This document shows, in pieces, positions 1 to 8,964 of a stretch of 27,150 nt of DNA. Numbering within the stretch: position 1 is the first letter of the stretch; every line of letters starts with the position of its first letter. The position numbers were made by a program, and so were the translations under genes. Origin of the DNA: Terriglobales bacterium (GTDB taxonomy: Bacteria; Acidobacteriota; Terriglobia; Terriglobales; Acidobacteriaceae); contig DATNJE010000191.1 in the NCBI GenBank assembly GCA_035604095.1, positions 1 through 27,150 on the forward strand. The letters are read 5' to 3'. Below the pieces are notes generated by a model. That model was given only the letters and a program-made list of their open reading frames with translations. It made no database searches and was not told the origin of the DNA.

Positions 1-15
1 AGAATTATCCCGTCT

Positions 16-1218
16 CTATTTTGCTACAACGGGACGGCCTGTGCCTGCCTTTCTGGATTTCAACTGCTCGACCTGTTCCCTTGCCCGTTGCCGGGCTTCG
101 GCGTCCATCGTCAGCACGTGGTTAATAGATTCCGGAGGCCGGGCGCCAGTTGCTTTAAGTACGCCGCGGATCACCCGGGGGATTTCGTCAAATCCAATGG
201 AACCGTCGAGGAACGCGGCCACCGCCACCTCGTCGGCGGCATTCAGGGCCACGGTCCTGGCGCCTCCAGCTTCCGCGGCCTCATAGGCCAGGGCCAGACA
301 GGGAAACTTTTGCATGTTGGGCGGGCGGAAATCCAGATGACGTAAGTCACTGACCGAGTAACGCAGGTCGGACGGGATGCGCTCCGGCCAAGTCAGGGCA
401 CAGAGGATGGGCAAGCGCATGTCGGTGACCGAGAGCTGCGCCAGGATGCTGCCATCCACGAACTCCACCAGCGAGTGGATGGTGGACTGCGGGTGCACCA
501 TCACCTTCACCCGGCTGGGCGGCAGGCCGAACAAGCGGCAGGCCTCGATCACCTCGAAGCCCTTGTTCATCAGCGTGGCCGAATCGATGGTGATACGCTG
601 CCCCATCTTCCAGGTGGGATGGTTCAGCGCTTCCTCCACCGTGATGCGCGAGAACTGGGAGGCGGGAGTGTCGAGAAACGGGCCGCCCGAGGCCGTCAGC
701 CACACCGACTGGACTTCTTCGAGGCGGCCGCCGCGCATGCACTGGTGGACGGCGTTGTGCTCGCTGTCGATCGGAAGTAGCGGCTTGCCGTGCTTCTTGG
801 CTTCCGCGGTGATGAGCTCGCCCGCCGCGACCAGGCATTCCTTGTTTGCCAGCCCCACGCTCTTGCCCGCGCGCACCGCTTCGTAGGTGGCCTCGAGTCC
901 CGCGACGCCCACGATGGCGCTGACCACGAAGTCAACGTCAGGATGGGTGGCAACGCGTATCGCGCCGGCGGTACCTTCCACGACTTCGATGTCCGCGATG
1001 TCGGCGGTCTTCAGCCTTCTCCGCAGTCTCTCAGCGCCCTCGGCGTTGCTCATCGAAAAGACGCGCGGACGCCAGCGCTTGGCTTGCTCGAAAGCCGCTT
1101 CCAGGTTGCCGCCGGCGGCGAGCGAGGCGACGGAGAACCGCTCCGGGTGGGCTTCTACGACGCTCAAGGTGCTGCGCCCGATGGAGCCGGTGGATCCCAG
1201 GATGGCAATGCGCTTCAT
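16..1218 (-). CDS. dxr: 1-deoxy-D-xylulose 5-phosphate reductoisomerase
   Basis: Starts MKRIAILGSTGSIG (ATG 1218). Has LANKE, LPIDSEH, LTASGGPF, HPTWKMG and DSATLMNKGFE motifs. The ORF-track extension to 1686 overlaps cdsA and is not real. Confidence 0.97.
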   Translation of the reverse strand: MKRIAILGSTGSIGRSTLSVVEAHPERFSVASLAAGGNLEAAFEQAKRWRPRVFSMSNAEGAERLRRRLKTADIADIEVVEGTAGAIRVATHPDVDFVVSAIVGVAGLEATYEAVRAGKSVGLANKECLVAAGELITAEAKKHGKPLLPIDSEHNAVHQCMRGGRLEEVQSVWLTASGGPFLDTPASQFSRITVEEALNHPTWKMGQRITIDSATLMNKGFEVIEACRLFGLPPSRVKVMVHPQSTIHSLVEFVDGSILAQLSVTDMRLPILCALTWPERIPSDLRYSVSDLRHLDFRPPNMQKFPCLALAYEAAEAGGARTVALNAADEVAVAAFLDGSIGFDEIPRVIRGVLKATGARPPESINHVLTMDAEARQRAREQVEQLKSRKAGTGRPVVAK

Positions 1219-1226
1219 GAAGACGA

Positions 1227-2207
1227 TTACGGGCTGTGGACCGCAGCGAGGATCAGCGCATAGTACCACAGCACCGGAGCCGCGAAGAGCAGCGCGTCGA
1301 TGCGGTCGAGCATGCCTCCGTGGCCGGGCAGGAGCGAGCCGGAATCCTTCACCCCGGCCCCGCGCTTCAGCATGGATTCGACCAGGTCGCCGAGTTGCGC
1401 CGCCACGTTCAGCGCCGCCGACAGCAGAATGTACACCCACAGCGGATGCGGGGATGGATACGGTCCAACGCTCATGATGCTCTCTTGTTGTGCCGCCAGC
1501 AGATTCGTGTTCCGCAGGAATCCCACGATCGCGTTTCCGTAGGCCAGAACGACAGTTCCCAGCGCGGTGGCGCCAACGAGGGAAGCTACCGTGCCCTCCC
1601 AGCTCTTGTTGGGACTGATCCTGGGAGCAAGTTTGTGCTTGCCCACGGACCGGCCCACCAGGAAGGCAAGAATGTCGCCGGCCCACACCACCACCAGCAG
1701 GTAGAACACATAGAACGCTCCCGCCGCGCGGGCGCGCACGTTGATGAGCAGCGTAAAAGGCAGGCTGATGTAAACCAGCGCCAGAGCCGACGCCGCGGCG
1801 CCGGGCAGCGAGGAGCGCAGGTCGGCGCGCTTCAGCATGGCCGCCAGGAACGCCAACGCGGCCAGCAGCACGGAATCTCTCGCGATCGAGGTCACGCCGA
1901 TCGCGGCCAGCAGGTATGGGTGATCGCGCGGGCTGATGCCCCGCAGCAGCACCTGCGACGAGAGCCGGCTCATCTGCGCTTCAATGACGAATCCTGCAAC
2001 CGCGCTGGCGAACAGGATCGTGGTGAACAGGTAGGTCAGCGCCCGGCTGGGCTTGATCTCATACGCCCCGGCCAGGCCCAGGTACTCGCGGGTGGTGATC
2101 AGCGCAATCACGCCAACCACCGACGCAAACAGCCACAGCGGCGCCCGGAAGACGATCAGCAGAACGATGGGAATGAGGACGACCGCGGTCGCGACGCGCT
2201 TGATCAC
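1227..2207 (-). CDS. cdsA: phosphatidate cytidylyltransferase
   Basis: Hydrophobic protein with SPNKSWEG and GDLVESMLKRGAGVKDSGSLLPGHGGMLDRID signature. GTG start 2207 overlaps the uppS stop (GTGA). Confidence 0.95.
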   Translation of the reverse strand: MIKRVATAVVLIPIVLLIVFRAPLWLFASVVGVIALITTREYLGLAGAYEIKPSRALTYLFTTILFASAVAGFVIEAQMSRLSSQVLLRGISPRDHPYLLAAIGVTSIARDSVLLAALAFLAAMLKRADLRSSLPGAAASALALVYISLPFTLLINVRARAAGAFYVFYLLVVVWAGDILAFLVGRSVGKHKLAPRISPNKSWEGTVASLVGATALGTVVLAYGNAIVGFLRNTNLLAAQQESIMSVGPYPSPHPLWVYILLSAALNVAAQLGDLVESMLKRGAGVKDSGSLLPGHGGMLDRIDALLFAAPVLWYYALILAAVHSP

Positions 2208-3019
2208 GGGTGCGCGCCGTTGCCGTCGCCCAGGCCGCCGTAGCGGCGCTCGCGGGTCTGGTACTCGGCGATGGCTTCCAGCAGATGGCGTCCGCGGAAC
2301 TCCGGCCAGTGGGTGGGCGTGACGTAGATCTCGGCGTAGGCCACTTGCCACAGCAGAAAATTGGAGAGCCGCATTTCGCCGGAAGTGCGGATCACCAGGT
2401 CGGGATCGGGCAGATGGCGCGTGTAGAGATGCTGGTCGATGAGTTCCTCGTCGATCTTCAGGTGGCTCAATCCGCCGTTATTGGCGGCGGCGTTCACGAT
2501 GGCGGTGAAGGCGTCCACCAGTTCCATGCGCGCGCCGTAATTCAGGGCCAGCGTCAGCACCATGCCGGTGTTCCTGGCGGTAGCGTCTTGCGCCCACGCC
2601 ATCCGCTCCTGCACCGCTTCCGGCAGCTCGTGGCGGCGGCCGATATATTCCAGGCGGATGTTGTTCTTGTTGAGCGTGGGGACTTCGGCCTTCAGGTAGC
2701 GCCGCAACAGGCGCATGAGGAAGGCCACTTCGGTCGCCGGGCGCTTCCTCCAGTTCTCCGAAGAAAAGGCATACAGCGTGAGCGCGGGCAGGTGGATGCG
2801 GGCGGCGGTCTCGACCGTGGAGCGCACCGACGCCACCCCGGCGCGGTGGCCGGCGATGCGTGGCAGGTGGCGCTGCCGGGCCCAACGCCCGTTGCCGTCC
2901 ATGATGATTGCGATGTGCCGCGGGAGCTGCCGGGGATCGAGCCTGGAGTAGATCTCAGACTCTTTGCGGTCCAATCCTTGGGATATGTGCAAGGCTACCT
3001 CGGAATCCATAAGTAGCAT
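2204..3019 (-). CDS. uppS: isoprenyl transferase (undecaprenyl diphosphate synthase)
   Basis: HIAIIMDGNGRWA, YAFSSENW and RTSGEMRLSNFLLWQ motifs; uppS-cdsA-dxr synteny. Start is ATG 3019 or 3010. Confidence 0.95.
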   Translation of the reverse strand: MLLMDSEVALHISQGLDRKESEIYSRLDPRQLPRHIAIIMDGNGRWARQRHLPRIAGHRAGVASVRSTVETAARIHLPALTLYAFSSENWRKRPATEVAFLMRLLRRYLKAEVPTLNKNNIRLEYIGRRHELPEAVQERMAWAQDATARNTGMVLTLALNYGARMELVDAFTAIVNAAANNGGLSHLKIDEELIDQHLYTRHLPDPDLVIRTSGEMRLSNFLLWQVAYAEIYVTPTHWPEFRGRHLLEAIAEYQTRERRYGGLGDGNGAHP

Positions 3020-3087
3020 AGCGCCGGTTTCTGCGCAATGAAAGTGCCGGGAGTGCGACGGGAACCCATATTCAACAAGCGTGTGAT

Positions 3088-3115
3088 AAAAAGGGCCGGG
3101 GCAATGGCCCCGGCC
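3088..3115 (-). terminator. probable intrinsic terminator downstream of the XRE gene
   Basis: Perfect 9-bp stem GGCCGGGGC/GCCCCGGCC (3094-3115) with 4-nt loop, followed on the minus strand by CTTTTT. Confidence 0.55.
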
Positions 3116-3187
3116 GGGGGGAGGGTAGAAGCCGCATTTCGGGCCCGGAGCCCGAGCCGGCACGCGCAGGGTGCTTGCGATGAGTCC

Positions 3188-3727
3188 CTAGGCGTGCCGG
3201 CGCGGACGTAAAGTCAGGTCGCGCACCTGGCCCAGAATGCTGGCCTTCTGCAGTGCGTCGAGCGTCGAAAGGAAAGGCACCAGTTGCGCCACGAAATCGT
3301 CCTGCATCAGCTCGTGGATCTCGTCCTGACGAGCGCGGTCGCCGCCGCTAAGCAGGTCGGGCACGGTGACTTCCAGCGCGCGCGCCAGGCGCGCCAGCGA
3401 CGACAGCGTAGGTGTGGCCTTCTCGTTCTCGATCTTGGAGACGTAGGTGCGCGGCACTTGCATGCGCAGCGCCAGTTGCCGCTGGCTTAAGCCGCCACGC
3501 TGGCGCAGGGTGCGGATGGCCGAGGCGATCTGCAGATGGGCACGGCCATTGCCGTTGGCGGGCTCAGCCGCGGGCGCCGGCGCCGCCAGGATCATGGGCG
3601 GTTCCTCGGCGTCCAGCGAGGTGCGGCATTTTCTGCAAAGACTGTTGGTGGTCCGGAATTGAACCAGGTGACAGCGGTCGCACCGCACTACTTCTCGTGA
3701 ATCAACCGGGGCAAGAGTCGTTGCCAT
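3188..3727 (-). CDS. XRE-family HTH regulator with N-terminal CxxC...CxxC zinc ribbon
   Basis: MATTLAP start (ATG 3727); CDRC and CRKC motifs; HTH IRTLRQRGGLSQRQLALRMQVPRTYVSKIENEKATPTLSSL. Confidence 0.88.
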   Translation of the reverse strand: MATTLAPVDSREVVRCDRCHLVQFRTTNSLCRKCRTSLDAEEPPMILAAPAPAAEPANGNGRAHLQIASAIRTLRQRGGLSQRQLALRMQVPRTYVSKIENEKATPTLSSLARLARALEVTVPDLLSGGDRARQDEIHELMQDDFVAQLVPFLSTLDALQKASILGQVRDLTLRPRRHA

Positions 3728-3793
3728 CAATGGTGCGCGAGATGCCAGAGCGGGCACTTCGCCTTGCAAGGGCCCAACAACCTGCGCCCCCCA

Positions 3794-3816
3794 TGGGTCA
3801 ACTTTTAAGTGACCCA
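3794..3816. promoter_or_regulatory. palindrome TGGGTCA-N9-TGACCCA, candidate operator
   Basis: 7-bp perfect inverted repeat in the AT-richer divergent intergenic region between the XRE and HD genes. Confidence 0.35.
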
Positions 3817-3955
3817 AAATAGGTGCACAACCTGATGCGTACTTTCGGCGAATACTGCTGTGGAAGTCAAGGAAATAATTGCTAAAAACAAGCACAAATC
3901 GCCCTTGATGCCGTAAGTTATCCGGAGAAAACATAGAGAAGACAGGGAAGGTTCC

Positions 3956-4528
3956 ATGAATGACCGCACGGCCGCGTGGAGTTTACTAACCGAGTTCACC
4001 GCGTCGGAGAATCTGCGCAAGCACGCGCTCGCCGTCGAAGCCTGCATGCGCGCCTACGCCCGCAAGTTCACCGAGGACGAAGCCGTGTGGGGCGTCACCG
4101 GGCTGATCCACGATTTCGATTATGAAAAGTATCCGACGCCCGAAGAGCACCCGTTCGCGGGCAACAAAATCCTCGAAGAGCGCGGCTGGCCCGAGCCCGT
4201 CCGCCGGGCCATCCTCTCGCACGCGCAGTACTCGGGCGTCGCGCGCGTGAGCAACATGGAGAAAGCTCTGTTCGCCTGCGACGAACTGGCCGGGCTGATC
4301 ACCGCCACCGCGCTGGTGAAGCCGGGCAAATCGCTGGCCGAGGTGGACGCCAAGTCAGTCCGAAAGAAGATGAAGGACAAAGCCTTCGCCCGCAGCGTCA
4401 GCCGCGAAGACATCATCCAGGGCGCGCAGGAGCTGGGCGTGGACCTCGATGAGCACATCGCTTTCTGCATCGAGGCGATGAAGGGGATCGCCGGGGAACT
4501 GGGGCTGGCGGGGCAGACCGGCTCGTAG
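3956..4528 (+). CDS. HD/HDIG-domain metal-dependent phosphohydrolase
   Basis: LRKHALAVE...GLIHDFDYE, ILSHA and ACDELAG motifs; GGAAGG SD upstream. Confidence 0.9.
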   Translation: MNDRTAAWSLLTEFTASENLRKHALAVEACMRAYARKFTEDEAVWGVTGLIHDFDYEKYPTPEEHPFAGNKILEERGWPEPVRRAILSHAQYSGVARVSNMEKALFACDELAGLITATALVKPGKSLAEVDAKSVRKKMKDKAFARSVSREDIIQGAQELGVDLDEHIAFCIEAMKGIAGELGLAGQTGS

Positions 4529-4573
4529 CTGTTGGCTGTTGGCTCTTGGCTTTTGGCTCTTGGCTTTTGGCTC
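4529..4573 (+). repeat. heptamer tandem array (CTNTTGG)x6 starting right after the stop codon
   Basis: ctgttgg ctgttgg ctcttgg cttttgg ctcttgg cttttgg ctc. Confidence 0.9.
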
Positions 4574-4591
4574 GCTATGATTTGGCAATAA

Positions 4592-4726
4592 GCAGGGTGT
4601 CATTCTTCCGCGGAGCGAAGCGAAGCGGGAGAATCTGAGAATGCAGTTTGCGCAACCAGTACCGGTGGTCTTGGGTTATCGCCGGATCCTCCGCTCGCCT
4701 TCGGCTCGCGAAGGATGACACCTTGC
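4592..4726. repeat. REPIN-like element: two inverted TGTCAT-tagged REP halves with ~46 nt spacer
   Basis: gcagggTGTCATTCTTCCGC...GAGAATCT left half and GGATCCTCCGC...GAAGGATGACAccttgc right half. Same family as 11712-12005. Confidence 0.9.
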
Positions 4727-4772
4727 ATGGGTGGGATGGGGCCGCAAGGGCGACACCACCACCAGGCACGCC

Positions 4773-6293
4773 CTAGCGTAAGACCTCCGCCAGCTTGCCC
4801 GCCGCGATCAGCTCCGCCACTCGCGCGAAATCGGGCGCCAGCACGCGGTCCTGCTCCACTGGCGCGCACACCGAACGAACAGCCGCGACTGCCTTCTGCC
4901 CGCGCATGCTGGTCTTAAGCGGAGCGAGAAAGTCCAGCGCCTGCGCGGCGGCGATGGCTTCGATGGCCAGCACGTAGCGTGCGTTGGTGAGGATGCGCTT
5001 CAGCTTGAGCGCGCCCGTCATCCCCATGGAGACGTAGTCTTCCTTGTTGCCCGAGGTGGTGATCGAATCCACCGACGCCGGATGCGCCAGCACTTTGTTC
5101 TCGCTGGCCAGCGCCGCGGCCGTGACCTGGGCCATCATGAAGCCGGAGTGCAGGCCGGCGCCGGGCGCGAGAAACGGCGGCAGGCCTTCGTTCAGCGTGG
5201 GATTCACCAGCCGCTCGATGCGCCGCTCCGAGATGCCAGCCAGCGACGCGAGCGCGATCCCCAAAAAATCCAGCGCGAACGCCACCGGCTCGCCGTGGAA
5301 GTTGCCGCCGGAGAGGATGTCGCCGCCGCCGTTCTTCGCCGGGAAGACAAGTGGGTTGTCCACCGCCGAGTTCATCTCGGTATCGAAGACGCGGCGGCAG
5401 TGGGCAAGGGTGTCGCGCACGGCGCCGTGTACCTGCGGCATGCAGCGCAGGGAGTAGGCGTCCTGGACACGGGTGCAGGCGCGGTGCGATTCGCGGATCT
5501 GGCTGCCGGCGAGCATCCGCGTGAGGTTCTCCGCGGTGTACGCCTGTCCGGCGTGCGGGCGGACCCTCTGAATGCGCGGATCGAAGGCCACGTCGGTACC
5601 CTGCAGGGCGTCGAGGGTGAGCGCGCCCACCACGTCGGCGGTATCGGCCAGGGTCTCGGCGGCGAGCAGCGCCAGCGTTCCGACTGCCAGCATAGCCTGG
5701 GTGCCATTGATGAGCGAGACGGCTTCCTTGGCTTCGAGTACCAGCGGCTGGATACTGGCGCGCCGCAGCGCTTCGGCGCCGGAGACGCGCGCGCCTTCGA
5801 GCACAGCTTCGCCTTCGCCGATCGCCACCAGGCCCAGGTGCGCCAGGGGGGCCAGGTCGCCGCTCGCGCCCACGCTGCCCTGCGACGGAACCACGGGATG
5901 CACGCCGCGATTGAGCATCTCGCAGAGCGTGTCGATCACCACCGGCCGCACGCCGGAGAAGCCCTTGGCCAGGGAGTTGGCGCGTAGCAGCATGATGGCG
6001 CGGGTCTCGATCTCGCTCAGCGGATCGCCGACCCCGGCCGCGTGCGAGCGCATCAGGTTGATCTGCAACTCGCGGATATTTTCTGCGGGAATGCGCACGG
6101 TGGCCAGCTTGCCGACGCCGGTGTTGACGGCATAGGCCACGCACTCCTGGGCGAGCTGGTCTTCGACCACGGCCCGGGCGCGCTCCACCGCGTGCCGCGC
6201 GTCGGCGGCCAGCAGCACCGGACGGCGGTCGTACACGGCCTCTCTTAGGTCTTCGAGGGTAAGGTCGTTGCCGTTGATGTGGAGAGCTTGCAT
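4773..6293 (-). CDS. hutH: histidine ammonia-lyase
   Basis: MIO-forming ASG (GSVGASGDLAPL), YAVNTGVG, RSHAAG (SH as in HAL), QDAYSLRC, GGNFHGEP, KEDYVSM. ATG 6293. Confidence 0.93.
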   Translation of the reverse strand: MQALHINGNDLTLEDLREAVYDRRPVLLAADARHAVERARAVVEDQLAQECVAYAVNTGVGKLATVRIPAENIRELQINLMRSHAAGVGDPLSEIETRAIMLLRANSLAKGFSGVRPVVIDTLCEMLNRGVHPVVPSQGSVGASGDLAPLAHLGLVAIGEGEAVLEGARVSGAEALRRASIQPLVLEAKEAVSLINGTQAMLAVGTLALLAAETLADTADVVGALTLDALQGTDVAFDPRIQRVRPHAGQAYTAENLTRMLAGSQIRESHRACTRVQDAYSLRCMPQVHGAVRDTLAHCRRVFDTEMNSAVDNPLVFPAKNGGGDILSGGNFHGEPVAFALDFLGIALASLAGISERRIERLVNPTLNEGLPPFLAPGAGLHSGFMMAQVTAAALASENKVLAHPASVDSITTSGNKEDYVSMGMTGALKLKRILTNARYVLAIEAIAAAQALDFLAPLKTSMRGQKAVAAVRSVCAPVEQDRVLAPDFARVAELIAAGKLAEVLR

Positions 6294-6297
6294 GGAT

Positions 6298-6735
6298 TCA
6301 TCCCAGGGCCCGCGCGAACGCCTCCCGATACTTCCTCGGCAGCTCACGGCGCTGCAACTGGGCGTCGGTGACGATGTGCGTGGTTTCGCCCTCGGCCAGC
6401 AGCGTCATGTCCGGCTCGCGCAGGATCTCGTAGCCGAAGTGGATCAACGAGGCGCGCAGGTTCTTGAAGAAGGTGCGCACCAGGATCTGGTCGTCGTAGC
6501 GCGCCGGGGCCTTGTAGCGGCAGCGGACGTCCACCACGGCAATATAGCAGCCGTCGTCGCGCTCCATGTCGCGATAGGTGAAGCCGAGCTGGCGCAGGAA
6601 CTCGACGCGTCCCACCTCGAACCAGATCAGATAGTTGGTGTGATAGGCCACGCCCATCTGGTCGGTTTCGACGTATCGCACGCGCAGCCGCGTCTCGTTC
6701 ACGGCGGAACGGCGCGCTGGTTCGGGAGCGGACAT
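6298..6735 (-). CDS. acyl-CoA thioesterase, YbgC/FadM (hot-dog) family
   Basis: RVRYVETDQMGVAYHTNYLIWFEVGR motif. Confidence 0.9.
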   Translation of the reverse strand: MSAPEPARRSAVNETRLRVRYVETDQMGVAYHTNYLIWFEVGRVEFLRQLGFTYRDMERDDGCYIAVVDVRCRYKAPARYDDQILVRTFFKNLRASLIHFGYEILREPDMTLLAEGETTHIVTDAQLQRRELPRKYREAFARALG

Positions 6736-7518
6736 TTACTTGCCGCTCCAGTGTGGCTTGCGCTTTTCGAGGAACGCGGTGATGCCCTCGCGGAAGTCGT
6801 CGCTGGTGCGGATGCGCGCATTTTCCTGGACCGCGAGTTCGAGGCGGCGGTCGAGCAAATCCTTGGCGAAAGCCGAGAGCAGGCGCTTGGTGGCGCGCAG
6901 GGATGTAGGACTCGACTGCATGAGCGTCCCGGCCAGCTCGCGCGCCCATTCCATGAGCTGCTCGCCGGAGATGACGTCGGTGACGATCCCCAGGTGCTTG
7001 GCCTCTTCGGCGGAGAAGATGCGCCCGGTCATCAGCAGGTCGCGGGCGCGCTTCTCGCCGACCTGCTGGATGAGGAACGTGGAGACGATGGCCGGCAGAA
7101 AGCCGATCTTCACCTCGGTGTAGCCAAACTTGGCCTCATCGGATGCAACGGTGAAATCACAGAGCGTGGCGATACCGCATCCGCCGCCCATGGCTGCCCC
7201 GTTGACCGCCGCGATCGTGGGCTTGGGAAACTCGTAGATGGTGCGGAACAGCTTGGCCATGGTCTGCGAATCGACGAGATTCTGCGAGTGCGAGCGCGTG
7301 GTAACGGCGCGTAGGTTGTCGAGGTCCATGCCGGAGCAGAACGCCATGCCCGCGCCGGTGATGATGAGCACTTGCGCGTCGGAGCGCTCGACGGCGGCAA
7401 GCGCGAGAAACATCTCGTCAATCAGCTCATAGCTGATGGCGTTGCGCTTTTCCGGACGATTGAAGGCCAGGGTGGCGATGCAGTCGGATTCGGTGAGGAG
7501 GATGGTTCTTAGATCCAT
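6736..7518 (-). CDS. enoyl-CoA hydratase/crotonase, probably methylglutaconyl-CoA hydratase (LiuC-like)
   Basis: AFCSGMDL, AMGGGCG, TEVKIG; adjacent to HMG-CoA lyase and MCC-beta-like genes. Substrate is inferred from context. Confidence 0.85.
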   Translation of the reverse strand: MDLRTILLTESDCIATLAFNRPEKRNAISYELIDEMFLALAAVERSDAQVLIITGAGMAFCSGMDLDNLRAVTTRSHSQNLVDSQTMAKLFRTIYEFPKPTIAAVNGAAMGGGCGIATLCDFTVASDEAKFGYTEVKIGFLPAIVSTFLIQQVGEKRARDLLMTGRIFSAEEAKHLGIVTDVISGEQLMEWARELAGTLMQSSPTSLRATKRLLSAFAKDLLDRRLELAVQENARIRTSDDFREGITAFLEKRKPHWSGK

Positions 7519-7540
7519 GAGCGTCCAACAATCGCTGTGG

Positions 7541-7801
7541 CTATTCGTAAGCGTGGCGCCGGTGTGCGATCCGCGTCACATCCACTGTTTTCCCCGCGTC
7601 GTCAATCTCATATACAATACGGTAGTCACCAACGCGAACCCGCCATTCCTTATCGCCGCCTTTGAGTTTCCTGCAACCGGGAGGCCGAGGAGCCGCCGCG
7701 AGACGCTCCAGACGCGGCAGGATTCGCGCAATCACTTTCGCGGGCAGTTCATGCAGTTCTTTTGTCGCGCTTGCGGTTAAAGCGACGCGATAACTATTCA
7801 C
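7541..7801 (-). CDS. RelE/ParE-superfamily (RelE-like) toxin
   Basis: 86 aa; PRPPGCRKLKG..EWRVRVGDYRIVYEIDD....V.RIAHRR. GTG start overlaps the antitoxin stop. Confidence 0.9.
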   Translation of the reverse strand: MNSYRVALTASATKELHELPAKVIARILPRLERLAAAPRPPGCRKLKGGDKEWRVRVGDYRIVYEIDDAGKTVDVTRIAHRRHAYE

Positions 7802-7988
7802 GCGCGAGCTTGCCGCTCTTGATGAGGTCCGCTTTTACTTTGTCCAGTGGAATGCGCTTTTCGCGCCGCCGCGACCGGGAGACAAGCACATCCTCAATGT
7901 CTTGCCACAGTTCCCGATGCTTCTTCAGGTCGATTTGAACGGCCACCTTGCGGCCCTTGTCATCGGTCACGTATTGGATTCCGGTCAT
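7794..7988 (-). CDS. putative antitoxin, 64 aa
   Basis: MTGIQYVTDDKGRKVAVQIDLKKHRELWQDIEDVLVSRSRRREKRIPLDKVKADLIKSGKLARE; directly upstream of the toxin with an 8-bp overlap. Confidence 0.75.
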   Translation of the reverse strand: MTGIQYVTDDKGRKVAVQIDLKKHRELWQDIEDVLVSRSRRREKRIPLDKVKADLIKSGKLARE

Positions 7989-8068
7989 GGCTTCATTTTC
8001 TTTCAGGTGACGGTTTCCGTCTACTCCTATTTCGCTGCCCCCGGCAATTTCCAGGATTAAACCTGCTT

Positions 8069-8944
8069 CTACTGCTTCACCGGCGCGGCATGCTTGTCCG
8101 CGATGTCGGCATTCATCTTGAGCACCGAGTCGAGTGGTTTGCGGATGGGCAGAGCGACTTCGCGGCTGGCCAGCGCCTCCAGCACGACCTCCGTCGGGAT
8201 GTTGCCGACCAGCAGATCCTGCGCGAAGGGACATCCCCCCAATCCGCCGATGGCCGAATCGAAGCGGCGGCAACCGGCATCGTAAGCCGCCAGAATCTTC
8301 TCGGCAGCGTCGTCGCGCCGGCTGTGGAGGTGCACACCGACCTCCACCTCGGAGAACTGCGGGATCACGGACGACACCAGATCGTCGATGCGGTCGGCAT
8401 CGGCCAACCCCACGGTATCGGCCAGCGAGATGGTTTCGATGCCCATGTCGGTAAGCAGGCGAACGGCCTCGACCACTTCGCCTGAGTTCCAGGGCTCGCC
8501 GTACGGATTGCCGAAGGCCATGGAGATGTAGGCGACCACGCCCATGCCCACGCTGTCGGCGTCCTGCTTGATCTTCTCCAGCACCTCGATGGATTCTTCC
8601 AGCGTCTGGTGCACGTTGTTCTTGAGGAAAGTCTCGGAGACCGAATAGGGATAGCCGACCACGGTCACCGTCTCGCTGTTGATGGCGCGCTCCATGCCGC
8701 GCTCGTTGGCCACGATGCCGAGGATCTCCACGTCGTCGGGAGGATCGAGCTCGCGCAGCACCTCCTCGGAGTCGGCCATCTGCGGCACCGCTTTGGGCGA
8801 GACGAAAGAGACAGCATCCAGGTGCTTGAAGCCGGCGCCGATCAGCGCGCGCAGGTAGGCCACCTTCACCGCGGTGGGGATCACGCCCGCCAAGCCTTGC
8901 CAGGCGTCGCGCGGGCATTCGATCAGTTTGACGCGCTCAATCAT
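8069..8944 (-). CDS. hydroxymethylglutaryl-CoA lyase
   Basis: DRE-TIM ECPRDAWQG, SFVSPKAVPQMAD, HLH, GGLGGCPFA. Confidence 0.92.
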   Translation of the reverse strand: MIERVKLIECPRDAWQGLAGVIPTAVKVAYLRALIGAGFKHLDAVSFVSPKAVPQMADSEEVLRELDPPDDVEILGIVANERGMERAINSETVTVVGYPYSVSETFLKNNVHQTLEESIEVLEKIKQDADSVGMGVVAYISMAFGNPYGEPWNSGEVVEAVRLLTDMGIETISLADTVGLADADRIDDLVSSVIPQFSEVEVGVHLHSRRDDAAEKILAAYDAGCRRFDSAIGGLGGCPFAQDLLVGNIPTEVVLEALASREVALPIRKPLDSVLKMNADIADKHAAPVKQ

Positions 8945-8964
8945 GCGAGGACTTTTCGCCGCGC

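Noticed and set aside
1219-1686. N-terminal extension of dxr in the ORF track
   Set aside because: Overlaps cdsA; the Dxr motif begins at ATG 1218.
4575-4869. Short ORFs across the REPIN and arrays (also 11707-12045, 11799-12524, 13188-13379)
   Set aside because: Translations of repeats ([32 protein letters not shown]), not genes.
7989-8918. Long N-terminal extension of the antitoxin ORF (7794-8918)
   Set aside because: Alternative frame overlapping HMG-CoA lyase; low-information Arg/Gly-rich translation.
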